24,000 nt of DNA, taken from Oscillatoriales cyanobacterium PMM_0008 (lineage in GTDB: Bacteria > Cyanobacteriota > Cyanobacteriia > Cyanobacteriales > Aerosakkonemataceae). This document shows positions 1 through 8,492 of this stretch, in pieces (the first letter of the stretch is position 1; the number at the start of each line of letters is the position of its first letter). Under the pieces are notes generated by a model. That model was not told where the DNA came from, made no database searches, and worked only from the letters and a program-made list of their open reading frames with translations. The position numbers were made by a program, and so were the translations under genes. The stretch spans positions 5,175 to 29,174 of the forward strand of contig CASBRD010000259.1 of the NCBI GenBank assembly GCA_949128025.1, given 5' to 3'.

Positions 1-39
1 TCGGCAGGCGGACACAGATATTAGTATCTAAAAGATATG

Positions 40-291
40 TCAAGCTAATTCCTCCCTTATTTCATACTCTCCTTGATCTTCTCGGATCAAAGGTTCATCT
101 TGAAAAGCACCTGCGGTTCTCTCAAAAAAATCAGATGGATAACCTAACTCTTCTGGCGTTTTATTTACAGTTGGCGTAACAGTTTCAATTGTTACTGTTA
201 CTTGTAAATCAGCATCTTTAAACTCTGTTGGAATTTTCATTTGTAATATACCATCAGATCCAACATGGGAACGAACTACGATTTGGTGCAT
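40..291 (-). CDS. small antitoxin-like protein (84 aa), family not firmly recognised
   Basis: The ORF track gives 40..423. I prefer the internal ATG at 291 (MHQIVVRSHVG...) because the upstream codons overlap the 3' end of the preceding gene (stop at 323) and a purine tract (AAAGGGG) lies ~9 nt upstream. It has a short beta-rich N-terminus and an acidic tail (FQDEPLIREDQGEYEIREEL), which resembles small cyanobacterial AbrB/VapB-like antitoxins from memory. No toxin ORF follows within the window. Confidence 0.5.
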   Translation of the reverse strand: MHQIVVRSHVGSDGILQMKIPTEFKDADLQVTVTIETVTPTVNKTPEELGYPSDFFERTAGAFQDEPLIREDQGEYEIREELA

Positions 292-322
292 TATCTTTAC
301 CCCTTTTTTAACTAAATTATCC

Positions 323-925
323 TCATGCGATCGCTTTTTCACTAGCAGTGTATTCAAGCTGATTTTCTTGGTACGAATCAAATCTTTTCGTGTATGTACG
401 AATTTGCCAGGGAACATCTTCACCAGTTAGGCGATCGCGCAAATCCGAAGGAATTCCACTTCCCAAGTCTTCTAACGCACTGAGAAGACCGATCGCTAAA
501 TCAACTTGTTTTAAGTCACAGCATCTCAGACGATTAATCATTGGTTTAATTGCTTCTTTAATTCCTGCTGCTGCTAGAGAACTTGCAGCTAAAGAAGGGT
601 ATTCTTCATCTTTGGCAATTGCATCTAATAAGCAGGAAACACCTACTTTAGAGCCAAATCTTAGAAGTATGACCGATGCCAAAATACTCGTTTCTAAATT
701 ATCCGATTCCTTCAGAAGTTTCTCTAGAGGTGTAACAACTAATGAACCTAAACGATATAGTCGTTCTGCGATCGGGAAACGGTGCGGACTTCTCCTAAAA
801 GCATCAACCGTTTGAACCGCCAGAAAATCTACAATTTCTCCCACCCGTTCTACTGCAAGCACCTGCTTTTCTACTTCCAAGGATTCTAAATTTTCAATTA
901 AGAAATCTACATCAATTTTGCTCAT
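323..925 (-). CDS. alpha-helical HEAT/armadillo-like repeat protein (hypothetical)
   Basis: The ORF track gives 323..949. The ATG at 925..923 overlaps the TGA (924..922) of the upstream ORF as an ATGA junction, indicating translational coupling. The sequence is helix-rich and Leu/Ala-rich with repeated ~30-aa segments (..LLDAIAKDEE..SLAASSLAAAGIKEAIKPMINRL..), which looks HEAT-like. Confidence 0.5.
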   Translation of the reverse strand: MSKIDVDFLIENLESLEVEKQVLAVERVGEIVDFLAVQTVDAFRRSPHRFPIAERLYRLGSLVVTPLEKLLKESDNLETSILASVILLRFGSKVGVSCLLDAIAKDEEYPSLAASSLAAAGIKEAIKPMINRLRCCDLKQVDLAIGLLSALEDLGSGIPSDLRDRLTGEDVPWQIRTYTKRFDSYQENQLEYTASEKAIA

Positions 926-1392
926 ACTCTTATCCTCTTTAGTAGACATTTGCCTTTGATTGTAGTGCCGACAGGAATACTATATATACTTCCGCCAAGG
1001 TTCAATATATTATTCGATATCCTCAATGGCCTGACTCTAATATTATTTAATAATAACGCTGTTTCTTCAGAAAATTGAATCGCGAATTTTTGCTTATCAC
1101 CAAAAACACCGATTAGTTCCAATTTCCCTTCCGTAGTCTCAAAACCCAAATCTGTGAGGAATATATCACCGGGATCGTTTGCCAGAAATGGGTTCGATCC
1201 TTGTCCAAATCGAAGTTCGCTGACAATGACCTGCTGCCCTACCTCCAGATTATCACCAAGAATTCCTGTAATCCCTGTCACCCCCTCAGTATTGGTAAAG
1301 TGACTAAATATCCTTCCTTGACCCAATTTGGGTGTAGTTGCGGGTGGCAGTAGCAGTAGGGACGAAAAAACTGCATAATCGATCGGTTGCAA
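922..1392 (-). CDS. hypothetical protein (156 aa, TTG start, no internal Met)
   Basis: The ORF opens with TTG directly after an in-frame stop, and GAGG lies 5 nt upstream. It is coupled by ATGA to the next gene. I recognise no family; the composition is Gly/beta-rich. Confidence 0.4.
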   Translation of the reverse strand: MQPIDYAVFSSLLLLPPATTPKLGQGRIFSHFTNTEGVTGITGILGDNLEVGQQVIVSELRFGQGSNPFLANDPGDIFLTDLGFETTEGKLELIGVFGDKQKFAIQFSEETALLLNNIRVRPLRISNNILNLGGSIYSIPVGTTIKGKCLLKRIRV

Positions 1393-1481
1393 TTACACCT
1401 CTATTCCAAAATGATAGGTAAATATCAAGATCGTCTGCTCTCACCAGATGTCAATTTATACCTTATCCTGGAATATCCAAA

Positions 1482-1553
1482 AGCCGATAGTGGGATTTGA
1501 ACCCACGACCAACTGATTACGAATCAGCTACTCTACCACTGAGCTACACCGGC
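1482..1553 (-). tRNA. tRNA-Thr (anticodon CGU)
   Basis: The reverse complement folds as a cloverleaf. Acceptor GCCGGTG pairs with TATCGGC, and D-stem GCTC with GAGT. Anticodon stem GCTGA/TCAGT carries the loop TTCGTAA (anticodon CGT). The T arm is GTGGG-TTCAAAT-CCCAC. The gene is 72 nt and does not encode CCA. Confidence 0.9.
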
Positions 1554-1585
1554 ACGATTTATTACTATAACACACTTTCCAGAAA

Positions 1586-4500
1586 TTAGATCGACAAACT
1601 TAACTGAGATCCATCTTGAGTTTTGACAACTTCGATCCGCGCTTGAAACGCCTCTTTGAAGGATGGCATATGGGTGACGGTGAGGATGCAGGCAAAATCT
1701 GAAGCGATCGCATTTATCGCCGCAATCAAGCGATCGCATCCCTCCCGATCCTGAGTGCCAAACCCCTCATCCACAATCAGCATTTGCAGCGCAGTCCCCG
1801 CACGCTGAGCCAACAGACGCGCCAAAGCGAGACGAATGGCAAAATTAATCCGAAAAGCTTCCCCACCAGAATAAGTCTCGTAAGGGCGAGTACCGCGAGC
1901 ATCAGCGATCAAAATGTCCAAAGTGTCAATCAGTTTACCCGTTTTCTTAGAAGTCCGACCGCTGCGCCCAGCTTTTTGGGTGACAAACTGAACGTGCAAC
2001 TGGTTACCGCTCAACCGCGCCAAAATCGAATTAGTTTCGGCTTCCAACTGGGGCAACACATTCTCAATCATCAGCGTCTGGATACCGTGTTTGCCAAAAG
2101 CTTTACTCAGTTCTTCGTAAATGCGATATTTCTGGCGGCATTCGATCAGTTGTTGCTGCTGCTTGTCGTACTGAGCCTGAAGGTTTTCGAGCTGAGTGGA
2201 GAGTTGTTGCAGACGCCCCAAACTTGCCAGTTGCTCATCCAGTTGGCGGCGTCGATCGAATATCTGCCCTTCCAGGATTTGAATTTCCCCCGTCGCATCT
2301 GGCATAGTGCCAAGCTGATTGACAATTTGCTCAATTTGTGATGACTGAGCTTCTCGATCGCGCGATCGCACTTCCCAAACCTGAGCTAACTCCTGAAAAC
2401 GCTGACAAAGTAAAGGATATTGCTGCTGAGCCTGACACAATTCCTGATAGCGGAGTTGCCAAGATTGGGCTTGGCGGACAGACTTGCGGATCGCATTATG
2501 TCCATCCAAGTTATAAGAAATCTCAACAATTTGGCGATCGAGCGTCGCAATCTGCCTAGCAAATTCCGAATTTGTTTGCAGTTGCTCGATCTGGCGTTGA
2601 ATACCGATAATTTGAGCTAAAATCTCTGGCTGTCGAGCCGACACCTGAGCTTGACGCTGCTGAGCCTGTTTAATTCTATCCTGCTTAACCTCTGCCCAAC
2701 GGCACCGCTCTACCTCATTTCGAGCCAAAGCGTGGTTTTTATCATCGTAGTTGAGTTGTTGCAAGTTTTGGTCTAGCTGCCTCAATTCTTGCTGCACATC
2801 AACAGCGTAGTCACTTGTTTGGAGCGATCGCTCAATCTGTGCTGCTTCAGCTACTATTTGTTGAAGACGATCTTGGGCATCGCCAGTCGCCGCAAGTTGC
2901 GCCTGCAATTGTCCTCGATGTTCCCGCAAACCATCATAGCCAACCAATTCCTGGGATAATTGCTTATATTCAGCCCTTAAAACCTGAAGTTCCGCCTCAG
3001 ATGCAGCCAATTGCTCCCGAACAATCCAAAACTGCTGCTCCATCTCCTTTTGCTCGGTTTGGGTTTTGTTTACCACACGCTTCCAGTGGTGTTCGTCGAG
3101 GGGCCGATCGCACAACGGACAGATAGCATCCGGCGTCCGCAGCATCTGAATTTTGTGCGTCAATTCTCCCAACTGTCTTTCGTATTCCCGTTGATTTTCC
3201 TGGAGACGATCGACAAAACTGCGCCTTTCCAGCCCTTTTTCCTGCACGCGCTGTTGGCGAACCCGTTTTTTCTCCAATTGCTCAATTTGGACAGCAACTT
3301 CCATCACCGCCTGCTGTAACTTTGGCTGACGTTTTTGTTGCACTTGCAGTTGCGATACAGAAGAGTGGAGTTCATCTAACCTCGCACTCAATCGAGCTTG
3401 AGAGCGTTCCAGTTGGCTCTGTAACTGCTGGCGACCTTGCAGTAAAGGGGTGACCTGCAAGTGCAACCTATCCATCTGAATCAGGCGACTGCGAGCCTGC
3501 TGCAATTGTGCCAGCCCAGCTTCTACTTCAGCAGATTGACTGAGGGTTTGCTGAATTTCTTTTTCCTGTTGCGCTAAAGCTTCTAGTTGAGCTTGAGCGT
3601 GTTGCAGTTGTTTATTCAGTTCGTTGATAGCTCGTTCTTGCTGTTGTTGTAACTGTCGCCGTTGTTCCTGTGCAGCTTGATGGGTTTGAAATTTGCTGGT
3701 AAGGGTTTCTTCCTGGGCTTGCAAATGTTGGAAATTGGTATATCCAGCGGTTATTTCATCTTGCTGTTGCAGAAGGACTTCCAGTTGTTGCTGCTGCTGT
3801 TGGATAATGGCTGAGTCTTGCTGGAGACGATCGCAATCTTGTACCAAATTTTGATATTGTTGCCGATGCCAACTTAGCTGTTGTTCCCAAGTTTGTCGCT
3901 GATGGTGTAAGGATTGCAGCTGTTGTAGCCGTTCGGTATCTTCTAATTGTGCTTGTCGAAGCAGAGTCAGGTTGCGATCTTGAGTAGCTTGTTCTTGCGC
4001 GATCGATCCTCGCTCCTGCAACTGCACTTTCATAGAACCCAAATTCCGATCTAACTCATCCGCCTGTCCCTTCAACTGCTTAGAAAAATCCTTCGCTTGT
4101 TCCGCCAGAGTTTCGTACTGATTGAGTTTGAGTAAATCGGCGAGAATTTCTTTACGTTCCCCCGGTTTTTTGAGCATAAACTCATCCGCCCTACCCTGAC
4201 GCAGATAAGCCGAATTGATAAAAGTTTCGTAATCCAGCTTCAAGTGATCTACAATCAACTGCTGAGTCGATCGCATTCCCCGCTCAGTCAAAGCCCGAAA
4301 ACCACTAGGCGTCTGCACCTGAAATTCTAGAACCCCCCCACCGCCAAGACGACGGGCCCGAATTACACGGTAGATTACATCTTGGTTCTTGAACATGAAA
4401 TCAACTTGGACTTCATCAGATCCCGCGTGGATAACATCATCTTCATTACCAGCACGACTTTCACCCCAAAGCACCCAGGTAATCGCTTCTAGCAGGGAAG

Positions 4501-4612
4501 ATTTACCCGCGCCATTGGCACCGCAGATACAAGCCGTATGCAGTCCACGAAAATCGAGGGTTGCTTTGCGATAGCTAAGGAAGTTTTTGAGGGTAAGTTG
4601 CAGAGGAATCAT
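1586..4612 (-). CDS. sbcC: SbcC/Rad50-family DNA repair ATPase (exonuclease SbcCD subunit C)
   Basis: The N-terminus has a Walker A motif (CGANGAGKSSLLEAI). A very long Gln/Leu-rich coiled coil follows, with a central CPLC zinc hook (DAICPLCDRPL). The C-terminus has the ABC signature YSGGEAF, Walker B LIVDEGFG and an H-loop VTH. Length is 1008 aa. Confidence 0.92.
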   Translation of the reverse strand: MIPLQLTLKNFLSYRKATLDFRGLHTACICGANGAGKSSLLEAITWVLWGESRAGNEDDVIHAGSDEVQVDFMFKNQDVIYRVIRARRLGGGGVLEFQVQTPSGFRALTERGMRSTQQLIVDHLKLDYETFINSAYLRQGRADEFMLKKPGERKEILADLLKLNQYETLAEQAKDFSKQLKGQADELDRNLGSMKVQLQERGSIAQEQATQDRNLTLLRQAQLEDTERLQQLQSLHHQRQTWEQQLSWHRQQYQNLVQDCDRLQQDSAIIQQQQQQLEVLLQQQDEITAGYTNFQHLQAQEETLTSKFQTHQAAQEQRRQLQQQQERAINELNKQLQHAQAQLEALAQQEKEIQQTLSQSAEVEAGLAQLQQARSRLIQMDRLHLQVTPLLQGRQQLQSQLERSQARLSARLDELHSSVSQLQVQQKRQPKLQQAVMEVAVQIEQLEKKRVRQQRVQEKGLERRSFVDRLQENQREYERQLGELTHKIQMLRTPDAICPLCDRPLDEHHWKRVVNKTQTEQKEMEQQFWIVREQLAASEAELQVLRAEYKQLSQELVGYDGLREHRGQLQAQLAATGDAQDRLQQIVAEAAQIERSLQTSDYAVDVQQELRQLDQNLQQLNYDDKNHALARNEVERCRWAEVKQDRIKQAQQRQAQVSARQPEILAQIIGIQRQIEQLQTNSEFARQIATLDRQIVEISYNLDGHNAIRKSVRQAQSWQLRYQELCQAQQQYPLLCQRFQELAQVWEVRSRDREAQSSQIEQIVNQLGTMPDATGEIQILEGQIFDRRRQLDEQLASLGRLQQLSTQLENLQAQYDKQQQQLIECRQKYRIYEELSKAFGKHGIQTLMIENVLPQLEAETNSILARLSGNQLHVQFVTQKAGRSGRTSKKTGKLIDTLDILIADARGTRPYETYSGGEAFRINFAIRLALARLLAQRAGTALQMLIVDEGFGTQDREGCDRLIAAINAIASDFACILTVTHMPSFKEAFQARIEVVKTQDGSQLSLSI

Positions 4613-4648
4613 TTAGACTGTCGCGCTACACTCTTATTTAAGAAATAG

Positions 4649-4664
4649 CAGTACGAACGTACTG
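4649..4664 (-). promoter_or_regulatory. candidate LexA (SOS) operator upstream of sbcC
   Basis: The site is CAGTAC-GAAC-GTACTG, with perfect 6-bp inverted arms, 37-52 nt upstream of the sbcC start codon. Its core AGTACGAACGTACT matches the cyanobacterial LexA box as I recall it (RGTAC-NNN-DGTWCB) at 13 of 14 positions. Confidence 0.4.
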
Positions 4665-4744
4665 TTGTATAGTCTGTCAAGGGAAAAAATAAGGATTTTA
4701 GGTATGAAGTAGAAATACTGGTTGCGGAAAGCCGAGCTTGAGAG

Positions 4745-5089
4745 CTATGAATAAATACTTAGAACAATGGCTAGCGCATCGGTAATTTCTTGCATGGCTG
4801 TATCAGAAAGGGTTCCCAGTTGCTGGATGAGTCTTTGTTGCGAGACTGAGCGCACTTGAAAAGTATCGGCTCCTGAGAGCTTAGTCAAACCGTTCTCTGC
4901 ATTGCGTTCCAGTCGCACCATCCATACTCTCTCTGCAAAATCCTTTTTCCATTCTGTGATGGGGACAATTACCTTTAGTCGCAAAACCCCAACTGTATCT
5001 TTGCTGACGATAACAGCAGGGCGAGTTTTGCTGATTTCGGCTCCAATAGTAGGCTCTAGGTTAACCAGCCAAATCTCTCCTCTACGCAT
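4745..5089 (-). CDS. mazF: MazF/PemK-family type II toxin (mRNA interferase)
   Basis: The protein has the typical PemK pattern: RGEIWLVNLEPTIGAEISKTRPAVIVS...VIVPIT...GLTKLSGADTFQVRSVSQQRL. It overlaps the upstream small ORF by 8 nt (ATGCGTAG). Confidence 0.85.
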   Translation of the reverse strand: MRRGEIWLVNLEPTIGAEISKTRPAVIVSKDTVGVLRLKVIVPITEWKKDFAERVWMVRLERNAENGLTKLSGADTFQVRSVSQQRLIQQLGTLSDTAMQEITDALAIVLSIYS

Positions 5090-5348
5090 ATGAATCTATT
5101 TTGGCAAAATGTTCATCTGTACTTTCGCAAAAATCTTCGCCATCGAGAGCAGTGAAAGCAGTTAACTCCTCATCTTGTAAGTAATCTAGTATTGCAAGTT
5201 GAGCTGTCATCGCGAGTTGTTGCTCTTTCTCTTCTGGGGTGAGTGATTTCCATTCTTCCCGCGCCAGACATAAGGCTAGTTTGGCAATGGTTAAACGATC
5301 TGCGTTGCTTTGGTGCTTGAGTGCTTTCAAGATTTCTGCCTTTGTCAT
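5082..5348 (-). CDS. putative cognate antitoxin (88 aa, helical, acidic C-terminus; not an obvious AbrB-type MazE)
   Basis: It lies immediately upstream of mazF and overlaps it by 8 nt. It is small with an acidic tail (DGEDFCESTDEHF). The call rests on gene context only. Confidence 0.6.
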   Translation of the reverse strand: MTKAEILKALKHQSNADRLTIAKLALCLAREEWKSLTPEEKEQQLAMTAQLAILDYLQDEELTAFTALDGEDFCESTDEHFAKIDSYA

Positions 5349-5504
5349 GGGTAGTGTAGTGAGTTAGGTGGACGATAGTCTTGCGTATTGCGCTGCCTTC
5401 AAATCTGATTGTCTCTCAACTATTAAAGCTGTTGCCATAGGTTGTCCTGTTTATTTGGAGTGCGATCGCGCTCCCTTCACACTTTATTATCATCGTAAAA
5501 TGAA

Positions 5505-5528
5505 CAAAACCCGCCTCGGCGGGTTTTG
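5505..5528 (-). terminator. rho-independent terminator after the receiver gene
   Basis: The GC-rich hairpin AAAACCCGCC..GGCGGGTTTT lies ~40 nt downstream of the stop at 5569. On the - strand it is followed by TTTTGTTCATTTT. Confidence 0.7.
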
Positions 5529-5568
5529 TCTGGTAGATCTGCAAAACACAAAGGCGCGATCGCATCTG

Positions 5569-5967
5569 TTAGATTTTTGGCAACATTGCCCGGATCTGAT
5601 TCAAAAACTCTTGATGATCGACCACTGGCTTGGGGATGTAGCCATCCGCACCGCTTTGTTCGAGCAAGTTTTCGCGATCGCCCTCGTTCGCGTGCGCTGT
5701 AACTAAAATCACAGGTAGTTTAGCGGTTGCCGGGTTAGCTTTCAGCATTTGAGTAATCTGAAGACCGTTCATTCGCTTTCCCTGGTAATAACTGTTACCC
5801 AGAGAAACATCCATCAGAATGATCTGCGCTTCCCCAGATTGGGCAATTTGGATTACTTCTTCCACATCTTCCGTGTGGCGTACCCCTAAGCCGCCTCCCT
5901 TAGTCAAAATCTTAGAGAAAACTTTAACGTTTATAGCCTCATCTTCAACAATCAGAACGGTTGTCAT
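5569..5967 (-). CDS. single-domain response regulator (CheY-like receiver)
   Basis: The receiver hallmarks are present: VLIVEDE at the N-terminus, the phospho-acceptor context IILMDVSL, VILVTAH, and a conserved Lys in YIPKP. At 132 aa there is no output domain. Confidence 0.88.
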   Translation of the reverse strand: MTTVLIVEDEAINVKVFSKILTKGGGLGVRHTEDVEEVIQIAQSGEAQIILMDVSLGNSYYQGKRMNGLQITQMLKANPATAKLPVILVTAHANEGDRENLLEQSGADGYIPKPVVDHQEFLNQIRAMLPKI

Positions 5968-6122
5968 AAGAAAGTCCTAGATACAATTGAATTCAAACGC
6001 AGACAATTCCAGCATTACAGCCCGATGTTAGCCTCATGCTTGAGTAATGTTTGTGCAATGTTAGGCTTGGCTGACTTAGCAAACAAATTTAACAAAACTT
6101 CAAAAAAGGTTATGGTTGAGCT

Positions 6123-8477
6123 ATGGCAAAGCGATCGCTCCAAGTATCTCCAGAAGGTATAAAAGAGGCAAAAAAAGCCTTCACTCGCGCCGGATTGATC
6201 CAAACACAGCTTGGCGATCGAGTAGGTTGCACTCGCCAGACAATTGCCAAGTTTTTACATGGCAAATCGGTAGATAGCTACATTTTTAGAGAAATCTGCT
6301 TTCAGCTTGAGTTGGACTGGGAAAACATAGCTGCACCTGAGCCTGCTGAAAATAATCTTAGCCCTAGCACCGATATTGACGCCCTCGTGCAACACATCCG
6401 AGAGAAGCTACGCCCCACCATCCAACAGAGGTGTAGCACAATACGAGTGCTAGATATGACTCAACCCATCGGTTTAACCGACATCTACACCAATGTCAAC
6501 ATTCTAGAGCAAATTACTGGGCGCAGGCCGCTGACAATTGCTGAGCTGATGCAAGTATTCGATCCAGATTCGGGAAATTTCGATCGCTTTGGACTGAGCA
6601 GAATTACCAGAAAACGAGTACCAGGGCTAGAAGCTGTAAAATTTTACCCTAAGCTGATGGTATTGGGCAAGCCCGGATCGGGTAAGACAACATTTTTAAA
6701 GTATTTAGCAATTCAGTGCTGTTATGGTGATTTTCTCAACCATTTAGTGCCAATTTTTATCACGCTCAGAGACTTCGCAGAGGCAAAAAATCATAGCGTT
6801 AACATCGAATTAATTGACCAGATGTTGTTGAATTCTGGCATTACAGATATTCAACTAACTGAGTTGCTCAAACACGGCAAAACATTAATATTACTTGATG
6901 GTTTGGATGAAGTCAGAGAAGAAGATGCCAGTCGAGTTATCAAGCAGATTCAGGAATTTTCCGATCGTTACCAAAGCAATCGATTTGTTATCACCTGCCG
7001 CATAGCAGCGCAGGAATATACTTTTGAAAAATTCACCGAGGTAGAAGTTGCCGATTTTAATCACTACCAAATTAAGGCATTTGCAACCAAGTGGTTTCAG
7101 GTCAAAGAAAATCGATCTTCAATTATTTTACCTGCTGAGGAAGAGATTCAGGCTAATACAGCCGATCGATTCATGCAGCAACTGCAATCAAATCCTTCAA
7201 TTAGAGAACTGGCGACAAATCCTTTGCTGTTGACCCTGCTGTGTTTAGAATTTGAAGATGCCGGTGATTTCCCAGCCGATCGCGCCGAATTATACAAACG
7301 AGGCATTACTACTCTACTGAGAAAATGGGATGCCAAACGCGGTATTGAGCGCGATCGAGTTTATAAAAAGCTGTCGGTACAGCGCAAGGAAGATTTACTC
7401 AGTCAAATTGCCTTAACTACTTTTGAGCGCAAAGATTACTTTTTTAAACAACAGGCTGCTGAATCTTATATTGGAAATTTTATTCGCAATTTATCCGATG
7501 CCAAAACTGACTCGGAAATTCTGCACTTAGATAGCTCGGCGTTGTTGAAATCGCTTGAAGCACAGCATGGAATCTTAATAGAAAGAGCGAGGGGTATTTA
7601 TTCTTTTTCTCATCTAACATTTCACGAGTATTTTACAGCCAGGAAAATTGTCAACAGTTCCGAACCGCAAGCGTTAGAAAAAGCTTTACAAAATTTGGTC
7701 AGCCATATTACGGATAAATACTGGCGAGAAGTATTTTTATTAGCAGTAGGGATGTTGCAGCCTGCTGATTATCTGTTGCAATTAATGAAAAAGCAGGTTG
7801 ATGTGCTTGTAGCTAGTGATGAAAGTTTGCAACAATTTTTGATGTGGGTAAGAGATAAATCGCTTTCTGTCAAGGTTCCTTATAAGCCTGCTGCTGTGAG
7901 GGCTTTTTACTTTAATCTTGCCTACGATCGCCACCCTCAGCGCGATTCAGTTGGTTACCGCGATCCAGAATTGATCCGCACCCTCGATCGTCGCCTTTTT
8001 ACTCTAGTTATTTTAGGCAATATCCGCGCCCTTGATGTCGGTCTTGATGATATCCTTGCTCTGGTTTGCGATCGCACTTTTAAGCTCGATCTGAATAATT
8101 ATCCCTATGCTTCCACTTATGCTTTTAAAGGGGCTTTTTTCCTGGCGTGCGATCGCGCCCTTTACCTCGAACCTAAGTTAGGACAAGCTTTGCAAGAACT
8201 CAAAAACCAACTTCCCGATCCCGATGCTGATAAGTGGAAATTTAAACAATGGTGGGAAGCTAATAGTCAAGCTTGGATAGAGCAATTAATATCAGCAATA
8301 ATTAAGTATCGCAATATAGGTCACAATTGGCAGTTCAGCAAACAGCAAAAAAAGTTGCTTCAAGCTTATTACAATGCCAATAAGTTACTGGTGGAGTGCC
8401 TGAATACCGATTGTTACGTGAGCCGTGAAGTGCGGCAGGAAATAGAGGATACGTTGTTATTACCATCAGAGAAGTAA
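6123..8477 (+). CDS. HTH (XRE-like) - NACHT STAND NTPase with a long helical C-terminal region
   Basis: The N-terminus has an HTH-like segment (TQLGDRVGCTRQTIAKFLHGK). Walker A is GKPGSGKTT (aa 182-190, nt ~6666-6692) and Walker B is LILLDGLDEV (aa ~255-264), with ITCR shortly after. The ~400-aa C-terminal region ends ...NKLLVECLNTDCYVSREVRQEIEDTLLLP, a tail I recall from cyanobacterial NACHT proteins. Confidence 0.85.
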   Translation: MAKRSLQVSPEGIKEAKKAFTRAGLIQTQLGDRVGCTRQTIAKFLHGKSVDSYIFREICFQLELDWENIAAPEPAENNLSPSTDIDALVQHIREKLRPTIQQRCSTIRVLDMTQPIGLTDIYTNVNILEQITGRRPLTIAELMQVFDPDSGNFDRFGLSRITRKRVPGLEAVKFYPKLMVLGKPGSGKTTFLKYLAIQCCYGDFLNHLVPIFITLRDFAEAKNHSVNIELIDQMLLNSGITDIQLTELLKHGKTLILLDGLDEVREEDASRVIKQIQEFSDRYQSNRFVITCRIAAQEYTFEKFTEVEVADFNHYQIKAFATKWFQVKENRSSIILPAEEEIQANTADRFMQQLQSNPSIRELATNPLLLTLLCLEFEDAGDFPADRAELYKRGITTLLRKWDAKRGIERDRVYKKLSVQRKEDLLSQIALTTFERKDYFFKQQAAESYIGNFIRNLSDAKTDSEILHLDSSALLKSLEAQHGILIERARGIYSFSHLTFHEYFTARKIVNSSEPQALEKALQNLVSHITDKYWREVFLLAVGMLQPADYLLQLMKKQVDVLVASDESLQQFLMWVRDKSLSVKVPYKPAAVRAFYFNLAYDRHPQRDSVGYRDPELIRTLDRRLFTLVILGNIRALDVGLDDILALVCDRTFKLDLNNYPYASTYAFKGAFFLACDRALYLEPKLGQALQELKNQLPDPDADKWKFKQWWEANSQAWIEQLISAIIKYRNIGHNWQFSKQQKKLLQAYYNANKLLVECLNTDCYVSREVRQEIEDTLLLPSEK

Positions 8478-8492
8478 CGGCTCTTTCGGAGT

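Noticed and set aside
390-815. 141-aa + strand ORF
   Set aside because: It is fully antisense to the HEAT-like gene, which has translational coupling to its neighbour. The Arg/Ser-rich composition is typical of antisense frames.
2100-4100. Highly repetitive CTG/CAG/TTG-rich DNA that at first glance looks like tandem or CRISPR-like repeats
   Set aside because: It lies entirely inside the sbcC ORF and encodes its Gln/Leu/Glu-rich coiled coil (e.g. QQQQQQLEVLLQQQ). There is no regular repeat-spacer periodicity. The many + strand ORFs in the track here (1784..2341, 2815..3126, 3011..3319 and others) are antisense artefacts of that composition.
1586-4612. sbcC without an adjacent sbcD
   Set aside because: Separation of sbcC and sbcD occurs in many genomes, and the partner may lie elsewhere. 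It cannot be assessed from this window.
5368-5706. 112-aa + strand ORF in the gap between the antitoxin and the receiver gene
   Set aside because: It overlaps the well-supported receiver CDS (5569..5967, - strand) and runs through its terminator hairpin. It has no SD and an implausible composition, so it is most likely spurious.
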